Shown here: piece after piece, positions 12,502 to 24,923 of the stretch
Layout of the letters: the number at the start of each line of letters is the position of its first letter
How positions within the stretch are numbered: the stretch's first letter is position 1
Origin: Lingula anatina
Taxonomy: Eukaryota > Animalia > Brachiopoda
Length of the DNA: 64,000 nucleotides
Reading direction: 5' to 3'
NCBI GenBank assembly: GCA_051362555.1
Contig: CM120642.1
Span: 22,754,001 to 22,818,000 of the forward strand
Notes under the pieces: generated by a model
The model's input: only the letters and a program-made list of their open reading frames with translations
The model's database searches: none
Told to the model about the DNA's origin: nothing
Program-made: the position numbers and the translations under genes

Positions 12502-13825
12502 GGTTTAGATATGCATTATGAAAGCAGCAACGGTACTACTGTTAGTCATGCTTATCATGTATTGGTTGAAAAAAAAACATGCTTCAGTGGCGTAATAAGT
12601 TTTCTAAATATGTTATAAGCAGGTTTTTCAGCGATAACCATTCTTACCACCTTTCTCTATTCACGCTGAGACGTGAATCGCAGTTTTAGTTTTTTTCCAC
12701 AGAATTACTCAATCACATTGACATTTGATAAGCATCCAGATAAATGTGTTTGCTCGTTGTTTCTGTCAGGGTAAAGAGCTATAGAATCCAGTCTGACCCA
12801 CATCTGACACCTAATTAAAATGGAGATATTTGCACTTTTTCCAGTCAACTAGGTTGGTAGTTGAACATGACAATTAACCTTTACATTGTATTATAACGAC
12901 ATTGTTTGTGCGCAGAATGAAAATCAAATCAACCTCGCGTTCACCTGTTTGATACGCGTTAACACTACACAAGTCAGCAATACGGGCTGGATTTCTTTTC
13001 AGTGTTGGGGGACCTTTCAAAAAGGTACATCTACATGAATTCTTTTTTATGTTAATGTTAGTGGCGTTGCAGGAGGCACTGGCCAGATAATGTCACAATA
13101 TAAATGTCACCGGCTGTGAAGGATATATTCAGAGTCTATTTGGGCTTTTATAGTTATTACACATTAATTAGGTTTCCTTTTGTTAATTTTGCTTTACAAA
13201 TGAGGAAATAAAAAAGCTGGACGTAATAAAAACAAAGCGAGTGAAATGATTGTGATATTTTATCCTAGTTCGAAATTTTAGTGGTGCAGGCCTTTCTCAT
13301 GGAAATACATTTGATGTGTCTACGGTTACATCACAAGCCCAAATTATTGCAAATTTACCATAATCAATACATATAGCAATAGGAAATGCGTGATGAAGTG
13401 TCATATCGTTGAAAATTAATCTCAACAATAAAAATACCGCCCAGTTTGCCTCGTGCGAGTTACCCAATTTGATAGAATGATGTATTACTTAACATATTTT
13501 GATAACACCCCCGTGGGTTTTTATCGCTGGTCACAATCTTTGGCTGTCAGCCACTTCGTGTTGGTTTGAGTTCATTGTCTACCCATCTACGGGTCTGAGA
13601 TTTCTTACACGAACGAATGGTAAACCATAACAATATCCATGTTTTGTGGGTTTTGTGGGGTCTAACAATTGCTACAGTTACTTTTATGTTTTCCCTTATA
13701 CAACTAAATTTACTTAGTGAACGCATTTCAGGTTCAGACAATAGAACGGTACCCAATGCAGTTGATCTACTCTGAAATCAGATATTTCTCGATCACTGAT
13801 TTTCAATTGAATCTGGATCTTTAAA

Positions 13826-13901
13826 CGCGCTCTCGCCTTTCGCTACAAGGGAAATGGCGGGGCTGGAGTAGGGTCCTGGGTAGTTTCGGAGTCGCTGTGA
13901 G
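13826..13901 (+). promoter_or_regulatory. Putative promoter and non-coding first exon of the coiled-coil gene
   Basis: Local GC/CpG rise, AAATGGCGG (YY1-like) and a strong donor GAG|GTAGGT at 13902. The coding exon has an acceptor at 16654, upstream of the ATG at 16675. Confidence 0.4.
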
Positions 13902-16513
13902 GTAGGTTTTTGCATGTTTTAAGCCTCATTTTTCTTTCGACTTCCAGATACGAATGTGTTTTAATTAAGTGTAATTCATTCGCCGTGATTGTCATGCTTT
14001 GGTGCTTGATTGGTGGTCATTGCAATCCATCTTTAACTATCCCTTCCTCTTGGTGAGGGAGATGGGGTGAAGCACTTATTTCAAAATGGACAAATTAAGT
14101 GAATAGTCTCAATAAGACAAGTAAAGCTAATGCTCCGTTTAGACCGGGCTGCGACCCTTCCATGACCAATGCGACCACGAAATTTTAGCTACTGCCACAA
14201 GTCTTGACAGTTCTCTTCTTTGGTTGCCTGTCCACGTCACCACCAAACCTCAAGCTCTACGTAGTGCTTGCAAGTGAAACATATTCCTCAAAAGTAATGT
14301 GGCCCCATACTATTGCACGTGGATCGACACCATATTCTATTACAACCCCTAAAACATACAAGTGACATAAACTATGTGAGACGTACCTTGTTATACCATA
14401 ATGATACCTCACAGGTCACGGTCCGCATGACTTTGTTTTGAACAGTTTCACCCACCAGTAAAACCCCAGGCTGCAGAGAGAGATACAAACCAAGAGAGAT
14501 GGTCCGTGAATGTATCAAAATCTCCTTCACTCTACCTTAGGCGATTCCCTGAGGTCGATGGCGGCAGGTCAACGCTACTTATTGCTTCACACATACGTTC
14601 TTTTCTAAATATGCAGGATTAGTTAATGGGCATCACTGTGGGATTTTGGTCAAAAATTGGCACAAACTTTAAGGCTCAACATTTTGCCTTCTTCATGTCA
14701 TTTATTTATTTATTTATTTATTTAATTGCGCTATCCCTGACTTATATTGGGTCAAAGTACTCAAATCTTTTTGTCTAAAAGTGTAGACCAATTTTCGGGT
14801 CAAAGTGAAACAATCCACCAGAAACAGCCTCCAGTAGACCATTTTGGTAAAATATGAAACGGGTATTCTTCTTTTGGAGTGGCTAGCTGAAATCAAAACA
14901 ATAATTGCAGACATGGATTATATTATACTTTCGCTTTTTAATCTGTTCCGTGGAAAATGTGTACAAAATTTTGGGTTTCACATAACAGTTTTACACGTAC
15001 ACTGTACACTATATTTCGAAAATTTTTAACAACGGAAGAAATTAAAAGAAAAGTCTGTGACAAATAGTGCATCTTTTCTCATCTCTTTCTATCTACATGT
15101 AGCTCGTAAAACATACATATAACGATAGGACTGTATTTTTTGTGCAAGGTAAAAGGGTGGATTTTCCAATCGTGTCGAAAGTCCAACATTGAGAATGACG
15201 CAAACGATGGCGCCCTCTATTGTCTTTTACATGGTTCACTGCGAACGGGTCAAACCCATTCTATGAGAAACAAGGAGCCGTGAAGAAGGTCAATAAAGGT
15301 CATCTGCGTGTACAACCACTTAATAGCAAAGGGGATTATTTTATCAAAATTTTATATATTTGTCATTACACCCGGACCTTACTGCAGTTTATTCCTAACC
15401 AAAAATTGTGGTAACTTACGTTGTAAAAGTGAAAAAGCACGGGAAACTGCAATCACAGAAAATCTAGATTTCGGAACCTGAATAAGATTATTGAAGTATT
15501 AATTTTGAACACGTAATCAGCTTTGAGTGCGCCTTTATCATATTCACGAGAAGCAACAACAAGGGCACAATGTGATTTTATGAATACTGTACCCTAAGGG
15601 TTTGGCGCAAGAGGGCTAATAGAGAATAAGTCATCTATGTCAACTATACGGGTCTTTTCAAATAACACATGTACACCGAATTAAAAACATCACCAATTTT
15701 ATGTACTTTTATGCGTGAGTCATTGCTCAAATAGGTTTATATGTAAATGGGGAAGCCGACGTGCGTCTTAAGATATTATTTGATTAATTCTTTTTTTTCT
15801 TAATGCACATTCTTTGAAACAACTGCCAAACACCTTGCAAGAACCACAAGTTAGGTACTAATATTTATGTGTAGACTAGGCCATGGTGAACCATTGAGAA
15901 AGCGCAGGGGAGTGGGAGTAATGAATCAGAGTAAGGATACGTATCATCATTGGCCTGAATACTCGTATTCACTGTGAAATATTTACTTTCTGACAAAGCT
16001 CCCCTGCCTAAAAGAGCATACATTGTTAACTTAATAGGATTACAAAGAAGGGTAAATATTTATGGCCCCCTGCACCATCTCGTGTCGCTAGTGTAACACT
16101 GCAGGTGTCTCAGGTGTTGAATATAGAAGAAACAAAAATAAAAACACCAGAAAGAAAAAATGATTAGCTTGCGCTATACAAACGCAAAGGAATGCAATAT
16201 TAATACAGGATTTGTCGCGTCATTAAACCCACAAACTTTGCCAATAACATGCAAGGCTATGAAAGACTTGTAAACAGATATGCTTGAATATGATAATAAA
16301 CTTGTACAATATTGATACTTTATGCTGCTGTTTCTTTTTAATTATGGACCTCTTAACTGGAGGGCCACATTTTGACCAAAACTAAGAGAAGGTGGATACA
16401 TTGCAGTCGTATGGCTTGCTATAAAATTTTCTGCTTGAAATGGCAGATTTGGTACAGAAAAAAATGGAGATTGAGCACCATTCAAAATTCGTTTCTTAAC
16501 ACATACGCACGCA

Positions 16514-16544
<31 letters not shown>

Positions 16545-16674
16545 CTTGATAAGTCTTACATTAACAGAATTGGTGAAAAGAGGCCCTATTTAATTCATGG
16601 AATAACTTGGCAAAGAACTCATGTAGATGTATATATATTTTGCATTTTTTTCAGGGTGACGGACCTTGTAAAAT

Positions 16675-19018
16675 ATGGCGTCCCTCCTGTCACGCAAACG
16701 GCCGGCCCGACCTAAGCAGTATGACGTTTTCCTCGTCGATAGGCCAGGTCATGGGCCGGAACCGGATGAACTCAAGCCAATTTTCACGATTGCCAGACGG
16801 GATTACCCGGACTGGAACCCCAACAACATTTCTACTCAGAGAGATTTGTATTTTTCGATTATGGGTGCGTAAAAACATTATTTTCCCTTTACATGTAAGT
16901 GAAAATAACTAAATTTGAGAGTGGTAACCAATGTAACAAACGAACTAAAATTCCAGGCATGAGTGTTCAGTCTCTGTAGCCTACATGAGAAGTTAGCTAA
17001 ATGTATGTGGCATGTGCATTGAACTTAGTTCTTGAATTTTCAGACAAAAACAGCAATATGACCACGAAAGAGAAAGAAGAGATTTGGAATCTGTCCAGTC
17101 CTGCCATTGAGATCGACAACGAAAAGATTTTCATAAAGCTCAAACGTCCATTAGCAGGATTTGCAGGTATAAAATCGTTTGATTTAAGATATTTTGATTA
17201 ACACGAAAGTAACGCAGGCCTTAACATGCATAATAATATTATTTTTTTCTTATAAACGACATTTTCAACAGCACAGTTTTCAAATTAAGAACCATTGCAT
17301 ACAATAACTAGCTTTCTACGACACGAAAAAGCTAGGTGTATCTATCTTCCCCATTAAAAGAAAAAAATGTGAATTTCTGAAGAATTTTGTTTTTGGTTAT
17401 ATCATGTCTGCTGTGATCCAGTGCAGTCATTAACAAAGAGACGTACATTTCAGGGACCGTTGACGAAACATCATCCTCTACCGGTACTCCGGAAACCGGC
17501 AGCAGTGACCTCCCTCCGCCTGTTCAGTGCAGCAGTCCTCCCGGGGCTAACCAACAAGAAACAGAGCGCCTGAACAACCAATACATCCAGCTACAGGAAA
17601 GTTACTCAATGCTGGAGAGTAGGCACGATGCTTTGAAGAACCGACTTCGCCAGGTTGAAGATGAAAACGATCGCAATCTACAGCTGAAACTGCAGAAGGA
17701 GAGAGAAAATGCTGCCTTACAGCGCCAAATTGATGACATCCAGTCGCGTTTGATCTACGTTCAAAATGAATCCGATGCACACGCACGCATGCTCAGTGAG
17801 ATTGAACAAGAGAAAGCTATTCTTGAAAGAAATATGGGAAAGCTGGAGCTGCAGTTGGCAAATACGAGAAAAGAGTTGGAGGAATTGCACAAATTGCTGC
17901 AGAAAAGGTTGGAAGATCAAAAGGACGAATTGGAGCACACCTTTCGAATGCAACAAATGAAACTGGAATCAGAACTTCGCCAAAGCGATGAGAAGATCAA
18001 AGATAAAGATGCTCTTTTAGAAGCTATGACGACTCGTATGTGCGAACAAGAAGAGGCGCTTTTGAAGGAAAAGGAATTACGAGCCACTGAAATTCACGAT
18101 AAAGAGCTTTGCATCGCTGAGAAAGAGAACACAATTGCTCAGCAAAAATTTGCGATAGACACTCTACAGTCTGCCATGAAAAGCACCAACGCAAAAATTG
18201 AATTCAAAGGTTCGCAAATCCGTGAGCTCAAACTCATGCTTAACACAAAAGACGAAACTACGATGAAATTAAAGGAAGATTATAACACGGAACTGAAACA
18301 CCAAGAAAAAGCGTTCACGGAATCTCTAAATAGAAAAGATCGTGAGAACAAGCAACTGGCGGAGGAAATGGCCAAAGTTAAAGGAGAAATGGCTTCACAG
18401 GCGGACAGACTTCAGAAGGAAATGTTAGCAGAGAATGAATGCCACAAAGTTGTTGTTAAAGGTCTGCAGAACGAAAAATCCCGTTTAAACGACAAACTGA
18501 AGGAAGCCAGAGAAGACCTTCGTAAATTAGAAGAACATGTAAACGAGCTTGCAAGCAAGAACACGTGGTGGGAAAAGGCGTCACGCGCTCGATCCTCCAT
18601 GACTGAAAGTGTAGAAACAATCACACGATCAAACCGAGAGCTTACCAAACAACTAGACGAGCTAAAACAGGGTAATAAAGACAAAGATGATCACATTCAA
18701 AAATTGCAAGTAGAATGTATGGAACTTCACAAGACTTTGGAATCGCAAATGGAAGAATGCAAAGGACATACGGAAGAAATTGAAAGACTTACGACAGAGC
18801 TGCAAAAGAATACTGTGGGTGCCGCTTTACTAACAAATAAGAACTTCATTAAAACACGTCTTACCCAATCTCAGCCAAAATCTGGGAGCAGTGACAGAAC
18901 CACAAGTAAACTTTCTCTTCCGCCGACGTCAGATTCAAGATCGGGATCAAGTAAAGGGACCATGAAAGGGGCCAGAGTTAAGGGTGTGAAGCTTCCAGCT
19001 AGTAAGAGAGAGTCTTAA
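16675..19018 (+). CDS. Uncharacterised long coiled-coil protein, ~625 aa, 3 coding exons
   Basis: Exons 16675-16864, 17044-17166 and 17454-19018 join in phase (1878 nt). About 100 aa of globular-looking N-terminus, an S/T/P linker, ~420 aa of E/K/Q/L heptad-rich coiled coil and an S/K-rich tail. Confidence 0.85.
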
Positions 19019-20704
19019 GTTTGTTCTTTTTTGTTCCAGTATTAGACATTTAATACTTACATGTTTAATATTTATTTTGTTTTACACTGGTATTCGTAGT
19101 AGTGATAGATTCTATTACGCCATATAAAATTGCCCGGAACTTATGGTGTCGGTAAATTTCGCTTGGTTTCCGTTAAAACGTATTGATTATGTAGATTAAT
19201 GGTATTGTATATATACGTTCAGATTTATTTCATTTTAATCTTACTAAACAGATCTCAGTGTTGGTTTTGAAGGAAAGATATATATACCACATAAAAATGC
19301 CAAGCCAATTTGAGTATTGGTTTGACTACAGTGTGACCCTTTCGTATTATATTTATGTCAGATTCTCCTTAATTAATGACGGCGTTTGGATCGATGTATG
19401 GTGTAATACACAGCGACTGTGCATGAGCACAATAGGTTAGATCTGTGTATAAATATAGTGTATTTGTAACGGATTGTTTTTTTATATTCGTACTCTAAAG
19501 GGCCAAATGTTAAGTGATTCCAATATTTTTCTAACATAAAAAGCATTTATTATTTTTGTATTTTTTGCACAAACAACTTAGACGAGTTATCTATCATTTG
19601 TTGAAATGTTTAAGTAGATTCCAAAAGCGTAGGCCAATGAAAGAAGTCTTTCATAGGATTATTTTGTAGTATATTTTGCCTGCACAAATACTGGAGGCAT
19701 TTCGTTTCTATGTTGTAAGAAAAAAGTGCTCTATTCTGTCTAGCATATTAGATCTCACTGTTTGACAAAGTAATGTAGTTTAGTGCAATAAAACTAGAGG
19801 TTAATATTACTACGGTCGAAGCAGGCATGTGAGCCATTATGTTTAAGAAGACTTAACCTTGAGAATGGCAGTTGTTATAAATTGATATTCTAAGACACAA
19901 TGAGCATTATGTCCATGGGTCAATGAAAGCCCTTTCGCTGAAAATTTCGAAAATATGAAAGCGGGTCTTTATAGCATGATTTCCTGAACGGTCTTAGGCA
20001 GACTGAACTTTCGTCATTTAGTTAAATTGTCGATATTGTATATTGTAGAAAATAAGGATAATTAGTATTTGCATTATTGTATGTCTTTGGCACAGAAAAG
20101 TCAGCCAAAAACCAGAGAGATTGGAGAGTCGTTTTGCGAATGATGTAGGACAGTTGAGGTGTTAGTGAGAAGTAGCTTTCATTCGTACCATGTAAACAAT
20201 GTGACTTATTTTTTTACACAAATATTTTTACACGTATTTTGCACAGTGAAAACTGGCACTCAGCTGCTCAATTGCCAAAAAGGTGCTTTTATATGTAGTA
20301 ATCCACGCCATAGGAGATTACGTTAATTTACGCATACTTGTTCATTGCAGTGACACAAGCCTTTTCTTATTGGCGCTTTTGCTATGTGATTAGATGGCAT
20401 TTTCAGTTTTCCGGTAACTTCAGTGTTGTTCATGATAATTGTTAGTATTCATTTTTTGTTAAATATAGGGATAGCTTTAACAAGAAAAGTAGCTTTTAAA
20501 ACACACTACTGCTTCTCAGTTAGATATTTTGACATTTTTATTTTACATATATATAACCAATATTGTATACTAATAAGGACCACCACGAGTTTTACTGAAA
20601 CAGTATTATCATATGTACAGCAAACACTTGTTGAATGAAGTGATTGCACATTATCACAACACGTTTGGTTAACTTTGTATAGTAAAATACATGCACTCCA
20701 ACAG

Positions 20705-20713
20705 TTACACACA

Positions 20714-20744
<31 letters not shown>
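20705..20744. repeat. (CA)n microsatellite
   Basis: Seen directly. Confidence 0.9.
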
Positions 20745-23559
20745 GTCGTGGCATCGATCAAGTCTCGTAAAGCGGATCTGTGTTATCAACAGAGCTAGAC
20801 TCTGTACCTTTATAAATTAATGTAATTATTATTTATAAGTTAACCTCATTTTTGCCTAGCACCTGTAATTATGCAAAATAATTAATATGTAAGCTAAACT
20901 GCTGGACGGAAATTATTTTTAAAATACTAACAGCACCATATGCTCTTGCCAGTTAATTGTTTACAATAAGAAACATTTTAAATCACCACACCACAGCACA
21001 GGGCATGAATAAAAGTTTATTTTCAATAAGAACCAACGTTGCGTTGATCTCCTTGAACAATTGCAAGCCCACATAGTGAGAATTTCTTTTACAGAATTCA
21101 ATAATTTAGCCCTGTTTCCTTTAAAATACAATGGTTTGTAGTAAAGAAGTCTTCTTTTTTATACAATGCTGGAAAAGCTTTGTAAATTATTAACACGTAG
21201 GTAAGTGCATGGCGAGGCGTGCAAAATGCTTTTCATTGCATAAGGCATGAGACTCACAGGTCAGTGCGTTTGTTGCGACAATAACAATTGGCCTGACGAC
21301 CTGTAGAGTGACTTTTTGCCGTTTATGAAGCAATGGACAGGTGCGCACGGTTCAATGTATATTCGTAACGAGCTTAAAGTATTGAGTTTTAGGTCATCAT
21401 CTTGGCTTGACTTCACGAAGTAAGATCGGAGGAGGGAATAGGCTATTATAGCTTATGCCGGTTACAGGCAATTGTTGTGAACAATGGAACGCAATGGTAT
21501 ATAACTATCCATTTGCACTGATAATATAAGTAGTTAATGAGGCAGAGATTGCCAAAGACTCTAAAATGAAAATACAATTTTGTCAATTAAAATCAATGAA
21601 ATGCATGAATTGAGAACGACGAAAACAGCGATTGTTTGTTTGACGCAATTTTGTTTTCAAAGTCGGTGAATGCATTACATTGTAAATTACATGTGAGATA
21701 TTGATCTGCGCTTACTGTCATAGCTTCTCCAAGGCAGCATTTATGATCGAAGTTATTTGCAATCAAAGATTTCGGTATCTAAGAAGTCATCATTTTCAGG
21801 GAATACGGCCACAGGGGTTATAGCTGCTATTTGAAGGGTGCAGTTAGTTCTCTTTCTATGGGTGCAGAAAACTCTTATCTGTCATCTAGAAGAAACTATT
21901 ACACTATATGACACCTTCGATGAAACTCTTTAGTGTTGTACAACGTCAATGTGACAGTATTAAACAGGCCATGAACTTAAAACGCCATAGTATTTTTTTG
22001 CGCTGTATACTGATAAGCGTAGGGGTCAGGGGTAGCAGGTAGACTTCTCCGACCCCCCTCACACGCACAAGCACGCCCACAAGCGCACGCTCTCGACCAC
22101 ATGAGGGAGGAGGGGTGGCAGGTCAGCGAAGGAAGAATTTTCTGACATTTTAATTATAATTAAAAAAAATTGCCATTATCTTAAAAAGTTTAAAGTGGAT
22201 CTGAGTATCTCCGTCCATTCGAACCACCATTTACATGATGAAAAAATCACCACTGTTCACTGTAACAAAACAAATCAGTACCTGCTAACAATGTCACGAG
22301 TGAAAGATTATCCAGTGCATGGAGATGAGTAAAAGCATATTCAAGGTCTATGGTGTCTGAGATGAAGCCTAAATATGTCACGTTTCAAAATCATTAGGAA
22401 TACGAGGAAGTCGTCATAATTGGGCTTAAATATTTGATTTGATAGACTTAATCTAACCTTTTGATTTAAGCAATATATCTATTAAACCACAAAAAGCTAT
22501 AATTATGTGAATGGCGATTTTGTTGGGAGACGAAAATTAGACTATGTGGTGAAGCTTACTGAATTAAGAACAAAGTGAATTAAAAGAGTTGTTTGATATT
22601 GGTTTATGTGTTTGGTCTTAAATTAACCAGTGCCAGCGACAGGTGATATTAAGTGAAACATCACTGAATTCGCATCGCCCCATTATCCGCGGACCGCGAC
22701 CCCAGTCAATCGATTTTTACAGTGACTCTCCGAACCTGTAAATTGTTTTTTCTTTTTAAATGGTTAGTATCCCCCCTTCTCGACATAGTGACAACATAAT
22801 ATCTAAACTAGTCAATGCTAAACTGTATTTTCGAGTGCATTTCTAATCTTGAAAAATATCATGAAAATTCCATGCGAGAGTACATGGCTCCCAAACACCA
22901 CGCAGTGCAATGAGGCAGGAGGGAGCAAGTGAGCTTTGTGCTGCAGACGACACTTAACTTTCGCCAGATAGATAAGACGGGTTGTAGATTTTCAAAGAGA
23001 ATGTTGTATTTGCTTACATCCCAGGAACCTGTGATGTAGAGAAGCAAAACACATTCGTCAAATTTATTTCAACTAAAAGGAATGACTATCATTGAGATTT
23101 CCACATATTAATCAAGTGCATTAGTAAAAGAAAAATAAAATAATCTATCATCCTTGAAAATGTCTACAAGGTATTTTCTACCCATGACCTTTTGACTTAC
23201 TTTTCATCAGCTTGCACGCCACGACCAAGATTCGTAGTAATTTTAAGATAGTTGCTTCCTTTGATGTACACTTATGGAGTGTTACTACTGAAGATTCATT
23301 CTCTGAGTGCGGTCAGAAATGCTTCTAAAAAAAGGGTGGGATGGAGATATCATCATGTGTCAGGCCTGGTGCGGGCATGGTCCTCCCGTTTACTCCATTT
23401 TTAGTCGATTGGATGAGCTCGTTATTGAACAGTTGTTAATATGCATTAAAGACATCAATGTATGATATAATAGTCAATATCTGAAGTCACTTCTTGTTAT
23501 TTTATAATTTATATGAATCAATTTAGGGATAGGGCCTAATAGGTTGGATGACTGTAGTT

Positions 23560-24679
23560 TTATACCCTATCCAAATCTTGTTCAGAAGAACGCAAAGAAT
23601 CAGACGACTGAGAGTCAACCTGTGTCAGTAGCCCCTTCAGCGAGCCTCTTCTTAGAGTTTGAGGGGTAGGCGGCTTAAGCAGGCCCTTAATGACATCGCT
23701 CGAACTTCTAGCATGGCTTCGCCCACCGCCCGCGGTATTCAGACTGAGGCTCCGGGGCGGATTTACCCAGGCTACCTCTTGAGTTTCTACATTAGTACCG
23801 TCTGGACGATGTCTGGTGTTAGAGATCACCTTGGCTTGGCCCGATCTAACAGGTACTGATGCAGGAGTCGCCGAATTTATAGGGAATGCTGGTAAACTTA
23901 CAGATGAAGGTACGCCAGACCTGGGCGCCGGCTTTGGAGACTTATCATCTTCAGTCACTGTTTGAGGAAAGGAGAAATATATCACCAAGATTTAAAGTGA
24001 TTACCCCAAACAAACAAATAAACGTGTGAATGTCTTAATTCATGATTACACAAAATAAATGCATACTGTATAAACAATATAGAAAGTACGAGAGAGCAAA
24101 AATTGAACAAATCTTAGAAATTCTAGCTTTTATAAAGTACTGGTAATCTGACATTATGCCCAACCCTGCTGCAAAGAAAACAGTAAAACGCAAAATCATT
24201 ATATGATTCGTAAATATCGCATTAAAAACTGATTCAGCCTACAACAGAAAGAAATAATTCCTACATATCTGGACATACACCTTTTCACTGCTGACGTTAG
24301 CCCCATAAAGGAGTTGGCCATAGTGAAAAAAAGGCAAAGACATTCGGTCCTATATATACTTATATTCGCAAACACGTGTACATATTTATACATGTGGTAC
24401 GAGAAAAAACAACTATTTTCAGCATATTTGAGATATCTACCCATTATACTGTAGAGTTGATAAGAAACTTACGTTCTGCTCCCTGTTCCAGTAACCTAGA
24501 GCTGATTTTCTCTCGCAACGCCTGCAGCGCCTCGGGGATCACCATGGACTGAGACGGTGTCGGGAGCACGCTTCCTTGTGGAGTCACCGGAGACTTGGGA
24601 TTCTCTTGTACAGCTTTCACTGGGAACAAGAAAAGAAAGATGTATTATGGAACGATTATAAAATGACTCCTTTTATAAA

Positions 24680-24727
<48 letters not shown>

Positions 24728-24864
24728 GTGCTAGTATGTATCAGTGGGTATGATTACTTGTTTTGTCTTATTTCTAAAATCTATTTCCGTATTTTTATAT
24801 TATCAAAAAAAATTGTGTTCGTATTCTGAGAACAACTATATACTTTAACTTTGAGCTCATCAGG

Positions 24865-24923
<59 letters not shown>

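Noticed and set aside
14130-14620. GC-richer patch resembling a decayed DNA-transposon fragment
   Set aside because: I could not pair terminal repeats or find a TSD, so it cannot be supported as a feature.
17547-18684. Minus-strand and alternate-frame ORFs over the coiled-coil exon (likewise 1767-3137 and 27360-28975)
   Set aside because: Shadow ORFs produced by codon bias of the real coding strand.
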